Assembly (NCBI RefSeq): GCF_001194135.2
Contig: NC_068998.1
Coordinates: 43,470,634 to 43,515,220 of the forward strand
DNA: 44,587 bases
Direction: 5' to 3'
DNA from: Octopus bimaculoides
Lineage: Eukaryota
This document shows, piece by piece, positions 22,748 to 36,164 of this stretch. Positions within the stretch are counted from its first letter, which is position 1. Each line of letters begins with the position of its first letter. The notes beneath the pieces are model-generated. The model ran no database searches. It saw only the letters and a program-made list of their open reading frames with translations, and had not been told where the DNA came from. The translations under genes were made by a program, and so were the position numbers.

Positions 22748-23143
22748 TACTCTTTTACTTGTTTCAGTCATTTGACTACGGCCATGCTGGAGCACCGCCT
22801 TTAGTCAAGCAAATCGACCCCAGGACTTATTCTTTGTAAGCCTAGTACTTATTCTATCGGTCTCTTTTGCCGAACCGCTAAGTTATGGGGACGTAAACAC
22901 ACCAGCATCGGTTGTCAAGCGATGTTGGGAGGGGGGACAAACACAGACACGCAAACACATATACATACATATACAAATATATGACGATCTTCTTTCAGTT
23001 TCCATCTACTAAATCCACTCACAAGGCTTTGGTCGGCCCGAGGCTATAGTAGAAGACACTTGCCCAAGGTGCCACGCAGTGGGACTGAACCTGGAACCAT
23101 GTGGCTGGTAAGCAAGCTACTTACCACACAACCACTCCTGCAC
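22748..23143 (-). mobile_element. SINE family A full copy (young)
   Basis: Near-identical to 39441 and 19152; CpGs largely retained. Confidence 0.95.
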
Positions 23144-24009
23144 CATTTTATTCAGACTTGTTGCATCTAGAACTACATTTTCCAATCAATCCTTTCTATT
23201 TTCGAATCTAGGTTTCTCTTTGACGGAGTTTTAACTGGAACTCTTTCATTTATGGTGTATCATTGTTAATACAGTGACAACATTTTTTTTCCTGAGATTC
23301 AAGCTTGCATTCATTCCTTGCAGTTAACAATCACTTAACCATAGAATACCGGAAAATATTGTTGTTGTTGTTTTCAGGAACAAAAATACAGGAGCAAAAA
23401 CCTAATGGCGTATCACAGAACATAAATCAAACTACACAAACCTCTTATGCAGCAGACAAGCAATTATTTTTGTACAAATATACATATATTTTTCTAGCAT
23501 AATTCCTGTATTTATTTGATATTATTTCTTTTTTTAACTGTATTCAGAGACTGGATGATGGAAGAGAAAAATTTACAAATCCTGTCTGTTGCTAAATAAA
23601 TCATATGAGATAATTTAATACAGGAATTCTGAATTTTTACTTTCATTCATTGCCTGAATGATGTAAAAATTCATTAGCTTGATGAGTTTTAACGGTGATA
23701 TTTTTTAATGCATTATATATATATATTCTGTCCAGTTTAATGAGAAGTATTTGACAACATGCTATTTTAAAATATTCACTTATTGTTTCCACAAATAAGC
23801 AGCTTAGAGAGATTTGTGTTACCGTTTTATTTTCATTTATTTCTGTTTATTTTTTTTCATTTATTTCTGTTTATTTTTTTTTTTTTTGCATTATTCTGTC
23901 TAGTCTTCCCTTTATTCTTTTCAATATTTGTTCTACATCCAATATCTGCTCTTTTATATCTATTGATTTAGTTCATAGAATATATAAATCTCACCCACCC
24001 ACTCACACA

Positions 24010-24190
24010 GCACAGGCAAGACTGTGGAAATTCTGAGATCACTACATAACATCGAGGTTTTGAGTTCTATCACACTGTATCGCTTTGAGCAAGTGTCTTT
24101 TACAGTAGCAACAGGCCAACGAATGCTTTGTGATTAAAATTAGTAGGAAACTGTATGGAAGCCCAATGTGACTGTGTGGGTGTATGTGAA
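24010..24190 (+). mobile_element. Old, diverged family A-like 5' half
   Basis: gaggtttgagttc..ctttgagcaagtgtctttta..aggccaac..ctttgtga..ggaaactg..gaagccc. Confidence 0.55.
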
Positions 24191-24389
24191 TGCAAGCCTT
24201 TTATATGTTGGTCTGAAACATCATCAGATGCAGTTATCGATATTCTTTGCCGGCAAATTGTTCTGTAATTCTGTACTTTTGAAGACATGTGAATATGAAA
24301 AACTGTCTTATTTAGAAACAGGAAATGTTAGAAACAAGAAAGATGTTAAACGAGAAAAAAATAATAGTAATAACCCAAACAGATAAATA

Positions 24390-24716
24390 CATGCATTTCT
24401 ATATATATGTATGTGCATATATGTATGTATGTATATATATATATATATATATATATACAAAGAGAGAGAGAGAAGGAGAGTGTGTGCTTCTCTGGACTTA
24501 TCGTTTTTCTAAAACGATATATGTATGTATAAATGTATGTGTATGTATGTACATGCATAATTACATATGTAGACATACCTTACACATATGTGTGTGCATA
24601 CATATACATATGTATGTATGTATAAGTACACAGACAAACACACACATACACGTATACATATATATATATATATATACTTGTATATATATATATATATATG
24701 TATGTNNNNNNNNNNG

Positions 24717-24747
<31 letters not shown>

Positions 24748-24780
24748 ATATATATATATATGTGTGTGTGTGTATATATT
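24390..24780. repeat. (TA)/(TG)/(GA) microsatellite region with 10-N gap 24706-24715
   Basis: Directly visible. Confidence 0.9.
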
Positions 24781-25422
24781 AATTCCAACTTATTTGAACA
24801 TAAGTCTGGGTACTGATATCATTATATATAATAGTTAACTTAATTTAATACCACTCATCACTCCCTCTCTTTTCCCCTCTTTCTCTCACTCTCTCTTTCT
24901 ATTTCTCTTTTCTTCTTTTTTACTGTATTCCATGTAAGCTATTCTTCATTTTGTTGTGTATGTTTATGCATTTCTACACATCTGACGTACTTAAAAATGC
25001 AATCTGCTGTTTGTTTTTGAAATACTTACACGCCTCTCCTTCATGTCCCCTATAATTACATACAATGTGACATGTACTATTCAGCTCCATCCACCCTACC
25101 TTTCGATCCACCCTACCTTTCCATCTAGTGTAAAGAATCCTGAAGCAAATGCAGTGAGCACATGCACTGATTCCACAGTTATGAAAGTATGCCTTAAGAA
25201 TTACATTATCTGACACCAGTGTGTATACATTTGTAATCTTTATATTCAACAACATAAAACATTACAATTATGTGTACATAGCTGAGTATCAAATGTCTGT
25301 TTAATACATATTCACAGGTTATTTCATACATAAAACAATATTTAATAACTATTTGTTTTTTACCTAAAAGTTTTACAAGTTTAAGCAACACATGATAAAT
25401 ATATCCACATATTGCATAATTG

Positions 25423-25496
<74 letters not shown>

Positions 25497-25512
25497 AATA
25501 CATATTTCTTTT

Positions 25513-25734
25513 ATTTCATTTACTTGTTTCAGTCGTTTGACTGTGGCCATGCTGGAGTACTGTCTTTAGTCGAACAAATCGACCTCAGGACTTATTCTTT
25601 GTAAGCCTAGTACATATTCTACCATTTTCTTTTGCTGTTCTGCTAAGTTACAGGGACATAAGCATGCCAACATTGGTTGTCATGTGATGATGGGAGGGAC
25701 AAATACAGACACTCAAACACATATATACATATAC

Positions 25735-25794
<60 letters not shown>

Positions 25795-26076
25795 CGGGTG
25801 TCTTTCAGTTTCTGTCTACTAAATTCTCTCAGAAGGCATCGGTTGTCAAGCGATGTTGGGGTGGGGTGGACAAACACAGACACGCAAACACATATACATA
25901 CATATACAAATATACGACGATCTTCTTTCAGTTTCCGTCTACCAAATCCACTCACAAGGCTTTGGTCGGCCCGAGGCTATAGTAGAAGACACTTGCCCAA
26001 GGTTCCATGCCATGGGACCAAACCTAGAACCATGTAGTTGGGAAGCAAGCTTCTTGTCACATAGCCACTCCTGCAC
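25513..26076 (-). mobile_element. SINE family A copy with internal duplication (chimeric old/young)
   Basis: The segment from ggttgtca to the tttcagtttc..tctac region occurs twice; the second version matches 22905-23070 closely. Confidence 0.92.
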
Positions 26077-26389
26077 CTATATATATGTGTGTGTGTGTGT
26101 ATATATATATACACACATATATCATGTAAGTATATATATATATAAGTGATGCAGGTATCTATGAATACATGTATAAGTTTGTGTGTAACTATAAGTGATA
26201 CATGTGATGGGTGTGTGTGGGCATGCGTGTGTTTATATGCATATATATATATATATATACACAAACACATACATGTGTATAAACACATACTCACACATAT
26301 ATAGCTGATTCATATATCAAAGACATAAGAATATACCATGATTTTATTAGGTCATATTCATACATATGCATCTAAATTACTGCTGATGA

Positions 26390-26545
26390 TGATTATGACA
26401 ACAATGGTGGCGGCGGTGGTATTGGTGGTGGTGGTGATGATGACGACGACGACAATGGTGGCAGCGGTGGTGGTGGTGACAATGGTGTGGTGGTCGTGGT
26501 GGCGGTGACAGTGGTGGCAGTGGTGTAGGTAGTGATGGCGGATTC
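26390..26545. repeat. (GGT/GGC/GAC)n degenerate microsatellite
   Basis: Directly visible. Confidence 0.85.
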
Positions 26546-26717
26546 AATGGTGTTGACAATCAACTTTATTATCGACATTGTTTGTTTATATGGTCATTGT
26601 AGTTAGCATTGCCATCTCCATTTTAGTAATCATCATAATTTTACACAATCAGTCTTCATCAACGACATTCTCATTATTCCTATCTATACAGTAATCACCA
26701 CCACCATCATCATCATC

Positions 26718-27886
26718 ATCACCATCCTCATCCTCATCAATGTTTCTATCAACTACATCATCATCATCCTCATCAATATTTCTATCAACTACATCATCAT
26801 CATCCTCATCAATATTTCTATCAACTACAACCTTCATCATCCTCATCAATATTTCTATCAACTACAACCTTCATCATCCTCATCAATATTTCTATCAACT
26901 ACATCACCATCATCATCATCAATATTTCTATCAACTACATCATCATCATCCTCATCAATATTTCTATCAACTACATCATCACCATCCTCATCAATATTTC
27001 TATCAATNNNNNNNNNNNNNNNNNNNNNNNNNNNNNNNNNNNNNNNNNNNNNNNNNNNNNNNNNNNNNNNNNNNNNNNNNNNNNNNNNNNNNNNNNNNNN
27101 NNNNNNNNNNNNNNNNNNNNNNNNNNNNNNNNNNNNNNNNNNNNNNNNNNNNNNNNNNNNNNNNNNNNNNNNNNNNNNNNNNNNNNNNNNNNNNNNNNNN
27201 NNNNNNNNNNNNNNNNNNNNNNNNNNNNNNNNNNNNNNNNNNNNNNNNNNNNNNNNNNNNNNNNNNNNNNNNNNNNNNNNNNNNNNNNNNNNNNNNNNNN
27301 NNNNNNNNNNNNNNNNNNNNNNNNNNNNNNNNNNNNNNNNNNNNNNNNNNNNNNNNNNNNNNNNNNNNNNNNNNNNNNNNNNNNNNNNNNNNNNNNNNNN
27401 NNNNNNNNNNNNNNNNNNNNNNNNNNNNNNNNNNNNNNNNNNNNNNNNNNNNNNNNNNNNNNNNNNNNNNNNNNNNNNNNNNNNNNNNNNNNNNNNNNNN
27501 NNNNNNNNNNNNNNNNNNNNNNNNNNNNNNNNNNNNNNNNNNNNNNNNNNNNNNNNNNNNNNNNNNNNNNNATCATCAATATTTCTATCAACTACATCAT
27601 CATCATCCTCATCAATATTTCTATCAACTACATCATCACCATCCTCATCAATATTTCTATCAACTACATCATCACCATCCTCATCAATATTTCTATCAAC
27701 TACATCATCATCATCCTCATCAATATTTCTATCAACTACATCATCATCATCCTCATCAATATTTCTATCAACTATATCATCATCATCCTCATCAATATTT
27801 CTATCAACTACATCATCACCATCCTCATCAATATTTCTATCAATTACATCATCATCATCCTCATCAATATTTCTATCAACTACATC
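26718..27886. repeat. 36-bp minisatellite (catcatcatcatcctcatcaatatttctatcaacta)n spanning gap 27008-27571
   Basis: About 8 units before and 9 after the gap; two adjacent 37-nt variant units at 26824-26897. Confidence 0.97.
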
Positions 27887-28544
27887 CCTTATCTCTACTG
27901 TGTTCTTTTCAGTGTAAAGCCGTGTGTTCATTGTTTCCAAATTTGACCATTAGTTATCTACACATCTCCCTCGGATTAGTACTTCTGCATCAACATTGCT
28001 ACCATCACCTCCTCATACCCTTACCTAGCAACCAGTTATTATTCATATTTCTATTCCCATTATTACATACGCATACAAACTGGTACAGCTGTCATTTATG
28101 TAGACTTCAAACATCTTTCGTATTATGATATCCAAATAACTTACCTGTTTATTTATTTCTCCATATATTTCAATTATTGGCAATTCTAGTCTCACGCTTC
28201 CTTTTCTACATTCTTGTGCTTTCTCTTTCCAATTTCCTCTCTCTCTAAATATATATTTTTTTGCTTCATTTTTATTTAGTTATATATTTATTAGAGCATT
28301 TAATATTTATTTGTCTTTCATATGAATTGGAATAAACTGAAAACAACAAAATTTTAAAAATTACGGTAGCAAATTGAAATTTTCTACAAAATATTCTTTT
28401 CACAATTGAGTAAAACCAAGAAAACAAGAAATTATTTTATTTATCTAAATATTTTTCTGTTTATTTTTTGGTAATTTTTTTTCTAATGTTTACATGTATT
28501 GTGAGAGATGAGGGATGATTTCTATGCTTTTAGCATTGGAAATC

Positions 28545-28837
28545 TGCAGTAAGAAGCTTGCTTCCCAACCACATGGTTTTGGGTTCAGTCCCACTGTGTG
28601 GCATCTTGGGCAAGCATCTTACACTATAGCCTTGGGCCAACCAAAGCCTTGTGAGTGGATTTGATAGACAGAAATAGAAAGAAGCCTGTCCTATATATAT
28701 ATGTGTGTGTGTGTGTCTGTGTTTGCCCCCCCCCCTTCGATATCACCTGTCAACCAATGCAGATGTGTTTATGTGGCCATAACCTAGCAGTTTGGCAAAA
28801 TGGACCAATAGAATAAGTACCAGGCTTACAAGGAATA
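28545..28837 (+). mobile_element. SINE family A copy, 3'-truncated
   Basis: agcttgcttcccaaccacatgg..gggttcagtcccac..cttgggcaag..gaataagtaccaggcttacaaggaata. Confidence 0.9.
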
Positions 28838-28930
28838 ATATAATGTCATTATAAAAGTATAGAATCTCATCATTGAAATTCATATGCTACATTGTCAATA
28901 TTACTGTCGTGGTTGATGCCGGACTTCCTC

Positions 28931-29194
28931 CCATGCCAGTGTCACATAAAAAGCAGCATTTGAGAGTTGTCGATGCCAGTGTCACCTGACTGACCCCTAT
29001 GCTGGTGACGTGTAAAAAGCACCCACTACACTCTCGGAGTGGTTGGCATTAGGAAAGGCATCCAGCTACAGAAACCTTGCCAGATCAGATTGGAGCCTGG
29101 TGCAGCCTCCAGGCTTGCCAGACCCCAGTCAAACCGTCCTACCCATGCCAGCATAGAAAGGAGTTGTTAAACGACGATGATGATGATGATGATG
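28931..29194 (+). mobile_element. RTE-type LINE/SINE 3' tail ending in (GAT)n
   Basis: aaaaagcacccactacactctcggagtggttggcattaggaaaggcatccagc...ccgtcctacccatgccagcat...ttaaacgacgatgatgatg; a second copy lies at 16575. RTE assignment is inference. Confidence 0.7.
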
Positions 29195-29412
29195 CATGAT
29201 TGATTTGAACCAATGTGAATAAACAAATATTGTATTTGATAGAATATGATTAAAGTAGATGAGAGTAACTTTCAGTTACCGATGTTGCGAAGAGTGTTGC
29301 TGAGCAGGCAGAATTCTTAAAGCATACGAAACATGCCTTGCTGTAGTCTGACCTGTTCAAACCATGCAATTGTTGCTAAGGTCATCTTTGTCTCTTATCT
29401 TTCTGAGATTCA

Positions 29413-29515
29413 TAAAATAAAGTACCAGTCAAGTACTGAGGTCAATGAAATCAACTACCCCCTACCCAACTTGCCTCAATAATTGCTGTCCATGTGCTTA
29501 AATTAGAAGCAATTA
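29413..29515 (+). mobile_element. SINE family B 3' fragment
   Basis: aaaataaagtaccagtcaagtactgaggtcaatgaaatcaacta. Confidence 0.6.
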
Positions 29516-29671
29516 GTGTTGTTGGTATTTGACCATAATTTTATAATCTCTTTAAGAATATATAAAAAGAATACATCTATGTTTTATTCTCCGTCTCTCT
29601 ATCTCACTCACAGACTTTCTCTCTCTTTCTCTTTGTGTTTCCTTCTATATATATTTAATATATATATATAT

Positions 29672-29810
29672 ATTCTTTGTATTTTTATTTCTAGGTAAGT
29701 GAACGATTTTGCATTGTCTCTGGCTTTGAAGATGGCTTCAGTTCCTTGAAACTGCTAGTGTCAGTCATCCTATTGTTGCTAAAAGCTACCTACAGTATTT
29801 CAAGGTAATG
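29672..29810 (+). promoter_or_regulatory. Candidate 3' splice site abutting a consensus 5' splice site (TAG|GTAAGT), with a downstream donor
   Basis: ttctttgtatttttatttctag (to 29694), gtaagt (29695-29700); caag|gtaatg at 29804/29805. Confidence 0.3.
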
Positions 29811-30489
29811 TATATGTATCTGCATTGAGGTATATGTGTGCGTGTATATATTTGTATGTATACTTGTATGTATGTGTAATTTTTTATATTGTCTTCTTTT
29901 CTTTCTTTCCCTTTTTTTTTCTTTCCTTCTGTTTCTCTTACAATGGACAGCAGGGAATTAAATTTAGAATACAATAGGTATACTTTCATCTCCACTTCCA
30001 GCCCCACACCGGACCACCCCCCTTGCGTAGGCAAAACTCAAAAAGCTTTACAACTTTCGTTTCCGCTTGTAAGTAAATAGATAAAATAAGAGAAATTTAA
30101 AAAAAAAAAAAAATAAAAAAATAAAAAAAACAACAAATGTTAGAATTTTGCATGGAAGCAAACTATAGACGAAAATGTAGAACAGAAAATTAAAGGGGAA
30201 ATCGTGGTTCTTAGAATTTAGAAACTGTAAAAATAGTCAAAGAGCTAAAACTAACTAACCAAAGACAGGAGGGGAGGCAGTGTAGAAATCTTGTTCAATT
30301 TGAAACAATGATATAGATATGCAAACATGTATACACTTTGATTACACACTTGTATACTTCTAAATGGTTATTTTCACGGGGAAATGGGGAGTAATTTTAA
30401 ATAATTTCCTCTGTAAAGTCAAACCATGTAAGACAAACAGAATTGATTCTTGTTCAGTTGTAAATGTACTTTGCATGTATATAGACACA

Positions 30490-30773
30490 CACAGTTGTGT
30501 GTGAAAATGCATATGTGTATACTTACATGTGTGCGTGTGTGTGTGTGAGTGAGTGTTTGTGTGTGTGTATATGCGTATATGCCTATATATATATATATGC
30601 ATCTATGCATATATATATACACATATATGCATGTATGAGCATATGTATCTATATATATATACATATATATGTACTTATATGCATGTATGTATATACATAT
30701 ATATAGATAGATATATAGATATATATATACTTATATATATATATATATATATACTTGTATATATGTATATAAA

Positions 30774-30830
<57 letters not shown>
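30490..30830. repeat. (TG)/(TA) microsatellite region
   Basis: Directly visible. Confidence 0.92.
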
Positions 30831-30831
<1 letters not shown>

Positions 30832-31229
30832 AATTAATGATAAGCATTGGTTTATCTTGTAGTTCCTACATGCATTTCAATATTATGGTTGTTTGAAGCC
30901 CTCTATTAGGTTTTCCAAATGCATTTAGACCACAGATCTTCAGGAAACATACACATATACAAAGATAAATATCTATATGTGTGTATGTGGAAATGAGAGA
31001 ATAACGGAGTCTCTAAATGCAGGCACTCAACCTATTAAAAATAGATGCTAAATCTCTCTCAAATCCTTTTTATTCTTATAAAAAGGAAGGGTATATTTGA
31101 TAACACAGTCTTGAATGTCTAGTATTAAAAGGACTGGATTGTCATGGATGGAATACTTTTGATTGGTGTCTGCTCCTTTGGGGTTGTTCTGGAGTTAAAG
31201 TCTCTAAACTGGCACACTGTTTGTTATGA

Positions 31230-31523
31230 TGACTAATGTTCCAGTTGATCCAATCAATGGAACAGCATGCTTGTGAAATTAACATGCAGGTGGTTGAATA
31301 TTCCACAGACATACATATCCTTAATGTAGTTCTCAGGGAGATTCAGTGTGACACAGAATGTGACAAGGCTGACCTCTTTTGAAATAGAGGCACAACTCAT
31401 TTTTGCCAGTCGACTGGGCTGGGACGATGTGAAATAAAGTGTCTTGCTCAAGGACACAACATGCAGCCAGAAATCGAACTCCCAATCATAAGCTGAATAA
31501 CCTAACCACTAACACCATGTGCC
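31230..31523 (-). mobile_element. SINE family D (tRNA-like head plus CORE-like motif)
   Basis: Minus strand ggcacatggtgttagtggttagg (A box), gagttcgatttc (B box), ttgtgtccttgagcaagacactttatttcac. Confidence 0.8.
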
Positions 31524-33103
31524 ATCGCAGAGTTGAAAATATCAACATAACAACATAACATTTTCACTGCTACCACCACCACCAACAATAAGAACAACAA
31601 CTACAACATCCATCAATCCCTACCACTGCCAGTTGCTACCACCACCAGCAATGACAACAACAGATAAGGCAGCCCTAGATATATTCTCTGAAAAAGCTGA
31701 CATGATGGTCTGTTGATCACAGGTATGCTTTTTCTCAGAGCTGTCTTGGGTTAAACAATAGTAACTCTGGTGCATGCAAAAATTATTGATCATAGATGTG
31801 TGGCAAAAGATTTCAGACAAAGAACTCCAAAATAATAATAATAATAATAATAATAATAAGGGTGAAGTGAAGAACATGTATATAATATGTGTGTTTTTTT
31901 TTGTCGAAAAGAAAAAGGAATGAACAACCCCAAATTTAGCAATATCATAGATATCCTCTTTCACAAGTTTGTCCAAGAGTTAGATCACACAACCAACAAA
32001 TTTCGTACATAGAAATAAAAACATTCAAATATATCTTATAGGAATAATTTATTTTAAATTATTCCTAGTTTCATCAAGAAAACTATTTTTATTGTTATTA
32101 ATAGTGATTAAACTTCAGTGACCCCCTCCTTTGCCCCTCCTCCCATTCCTCATCAAAATGAAGGAGAATCCTTTGGTGAATAACAATATTTTTCTCTGAT
32201 TGATTGAAATATTAAAGAATATGTAAGCCATTGTTGCTGCAATTGTTTGTGAAAGAAATTGTATTGAAGATGTGTTTCAGAAATAAATGAGAAGAGGGAG
32301 TAGAAAACTTATAAATTCTGGACTAAGAGATGGGAGGGGATATGACATGTAATTGTGTGTGAAGAAAAGAAAGTGGCACGTATGGATCCCCCAGAATGTC
32401 ACTCAAGGTGTGAAATGGTGTATAGGGGAAGATAGGCAGGAAGAGAGTGAAAGTGAAAGTACGCGTGCATGTGCATGTGTGAGTGTCTGTATTTGTGAGA
32501 GTGTGAAAAGAAGAGAGAATGAGTGTGCGTGTATATATCTGTCAGATGGTGTGAGATATGAGAGAAAGTATGCATTAATGTGAGAAGTGTGAGATGACTT
32601 GAGGTTATGAGAGAGAGAACAATAGAGAGAGCATATAAGATTTCTCAGATGATATGAAGGAGAGAATGAGAAAAGTGTTTGTTGTCTGTACATGTATGTG
32701 CACAGAAAAGTGAAATGTATCTATCTAACTCTTCTTTTAACACTCATACTTCTAAGCTTTTCTGTCTTACTCTAATATTTAACTGTTGTTTGCTTTTCAT
32801 TGCCTTCTCTAAGTTCATATTTTCTCTTGTCTTGCTTCTCTGCCATTCTGTAAGTCATTAGTACATTTGAAACCAAGACAGCAGCCTGCCCAGGTTGTCT
32901 TTAATGTCAGCTAATCCCCAAAAACCTGCTGTATATTTAAAATAACTTTTAAAAATATAGATATTTAGCTACCTGAGAACTGAGAATGGGAAGTGCTGAG
33001 TAGCGAATCCAGGAGACTCACATTTGAATACATGTTATTTCAATCTACCTAACAGTACAGAGTAATTATTTTACTTAACTGCAATATTCATGTCAGTGTT
33101 TAG

Positions 33104-33137
<34 letters not shown>

Positions 33138-33337
33138 GCATAAGCATATGTGTGTGTATGTGTGTATTTGAAAAAATGAATAGAAATGGCTTTTATGATA
33201 ATTTTTCCACTGTCGTAATTAGATGTTCATAAGTTTTTAGGTGTTTGAACATTTAATTATTAAAGTGGAAAAAATTATCAGTAAAGTCATTACTATACAT
33301 TTTTTCAAATATATGATACTGTACCAAGGACTTAATG

Positions 33338-33376
<39 letters not shown>

Positions 33377-33908
33377 GTGTATATAAATATATATGTGCAT
33401 ACAGGTGTTGTGTGAATACACACCTTCACACACATGCATATACATATGATAACGCATTTTGAGACTGTTGTAGAAGACACTTGTCTGAAAATGGGAAGTA
33501 AATTTCTTAACTACAGTACCATTATTATTTAACAACAGTTAAATGATAAATAAATGACATGCTCAAAAATTATAACTTCACAAATAGAACCCGATATTAA
33601 AACCACATGACTCCTTCTGCAGAATGAAATTGAAAATAACTTGGCTAGTTTCATCTGTCAATACAAGTTTGTGAGAAATTTCCAGTTATTCTGACACATA
33701 GAGAAGTGGGGGAAGAAGGAGGGAAGGAGAAAGAGAGAATATAACAGCAGCTTATGAAAAATGAGATGAACAACAGGCACTGATTTCACTTATTTGCATA
33801 CAAGTAATTCAGTAGTGACAGTAAAGTACTGAGAGAGTGTCTTTGAGGATAAAATATATTTGCCATTGTTCCTGTGTCTGCCCCTCTCTAACTTTGTTTT
33901 TTGTCTCT

Positions 33909-33957
<49 letters not shown>

Positions 33958-36164
33958 ACCCTCCCCTTATTGTAGAATGGATCAAAGAATAACTTTACTA
34001 ATTTTGTCTGTCTTTACAAGCTCATGAAAAATGTTAGCAACATTTAAACAGTATGGCTTATTTGAATATATGCATGTAAATTTATTTACAACTTATATGT
34101 ATTGTGTATTTGTGTGGATGCCTATCTGACTATCTCTCTGTCCATCCATCATCTATCTACCAGTCTAACAATCTATCCATCTTTCTACATCTATCTTTTA
34201 ATATATCTATTTCTGTGAATATATAATTTCTAACACTTGATATCTTAAGATTTTAAACAAATATTTATATAAATACAGTCATTGATTCTCTCTGTAAATT
34301 GTCATTGTCATGTATCACATGCATTTTACAGTGCATTAATGACACTACACCAAAAGTCTTCCTCGTTGAATCCAAGTTCTCCCATTATATGAAGCCATGG
34401 TGTTGCTTCAATTTGACTTTCTCATGGCGTTTTTTTGACAGAAATATTGGGGTGGTTTACAATTGTCTTCCTCAACTGGATGGCCATTTGCTCACAACGA
34501 TCTGATCTGTCCTTCAGCCAGTCTTGTTTATAGCCATGTTGTGTGTCCCGTCATTCCTTTCCCAAGAGTAACAAGCTACTCAAGTGACTCAGGATTGTTT
34601 AGTTAACCACTCAACTATGGACCAGGTAGAACAGATTTACAGGGTACCACTAGCATATCTTATCAACCTGTGAGGAGATACCTGATCTCACTTGAATTTT
34701 GTAACTGCTGAGAACTTAATGGGAATTTTGTAAGACTATGTGGAGACCCACATCCACACAGCCTGAAGGAGTGCCTCATGTAAAACTCAAATGTGGCATA
34801 CATGAAGTATTCATTCAGGTCTTGTGGGTTTGTGCCTCCACAAAAGTAGCTAAAGAAAGGGTCGTTAAAATTATGTAAAGTACAAGTAATTGTAGAAGGA
34901 AAGATTCACTTTTTATGAATAAATTAATTTTACACATATTCAGTACTCTCTTTTCTCATTTGTTATTCTATGCCTCTGTGTGTGTGTGGTGGGAAGTGTG
35001 TTTGTGTGTATATATATATATATACATACACACACACACACATACACTCACACATATACCAAGAATGCCTATATACTCACGGTTACATAAATCCTAAATT
35101 TTGCACGTATATACACTCAAATGAATATGACAGCTTAATATAAATTCTTTTTAAACATATATGTGTTGTGGCTTATCTGTGTGTTAGCATGTCTTTGAGT
35201 GCATTTGGTTGTATGTGTGTGTGTGTGAAACTATAAGAACAATTTTTAAAAAAATATTACAAAATATTCCGAAAGTCAGGAAACAAATACAGAATCTGTA
35301 TAAACTATAAATTACAAAATCCAGCATCTGCTGAGGCATGTAAGTACCTGAAAATCAGTTGGAATCAGTGACAGAGAATAAATACATTGTACAAACTCAG
35401 AGATGAAAAAAAAAAAAAATGTGTTGATGTTGGAATTTATGAAAGGATCAAAATGCTTTTGCCAATGAAATCGATGTTAAAAGAATATAAAATGAAAGGA
35501 ATAAACACATTAGATGTATCTACAAAACAACACATGATTACAATGTAGCAAATTTCAAACAAGATAACAGAGGCAGAATAAATGCCAGAGGAATGAAATT
35601 GCATTTTCAATACATATTTCTCGGGGTAGAAGGTTTATTTGTTGTTTTTATCACTGAACTTCCCTTTTTACGTCTTCTAATCACCCATTCATAAACCTAG
35701 GATGGAACATGATTTTGTTTCGTCAGTTTATTTTGCTTTTATTTTTTGCTAAGTCATACAAACTACAAGGGCAGAGTCAGTACCTTTGAGAAGGGCATAA
35801 TGCAATACTAGTAGTATGCAGGTATCTTTTGAAATACCCCAATGAGTGACCGCTATGTCTTGCATAGTTATGGCCTGCCCTCTGGCAAGGCATAGCACCT
35901 ATTCAGCCACCCTGATTAGTTTTTGGTTCTTTTGGGCCACCATTAATAAAAAAAAATAAATACTTATCTTGGCCACGGTGCCACAAAAAAAATGGGTAGC
36001 TTCAAGTCTTGTTGCTTTCAAAGATACTTAAATGTTGGAAATTCTACAAAAAAGAAACAAATTATTCTGGAATGGAAATACTGGCACTCAGGCTTCTTGT
36101 AAAGGATCAAACAGTATCATACAGTTACAAGTCATGTCATAATTTCCTTCACTCTGTCTACTCT

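Noticed and set aside
26718-27886. CRISPR-like array (36-bp period)
   Set aside because: The units are contiguous with no unique spacers, and the context is eukaryotic.
29275-29350. Candidate terminal exon TDVAKSVAEQAEFLKHTKHALL*
   Set aside because: It has a short pyrimidine tract and no upstream exon, and is unrecognised; it cannot be supported without a homology search.
34330-34870. Coding-like composition with ENLMGIL*DYVE faintly like Tc1 ENLWGIL
   Set aside because: There are multiple stops and no DDE/SPDLN motif is recoverable.
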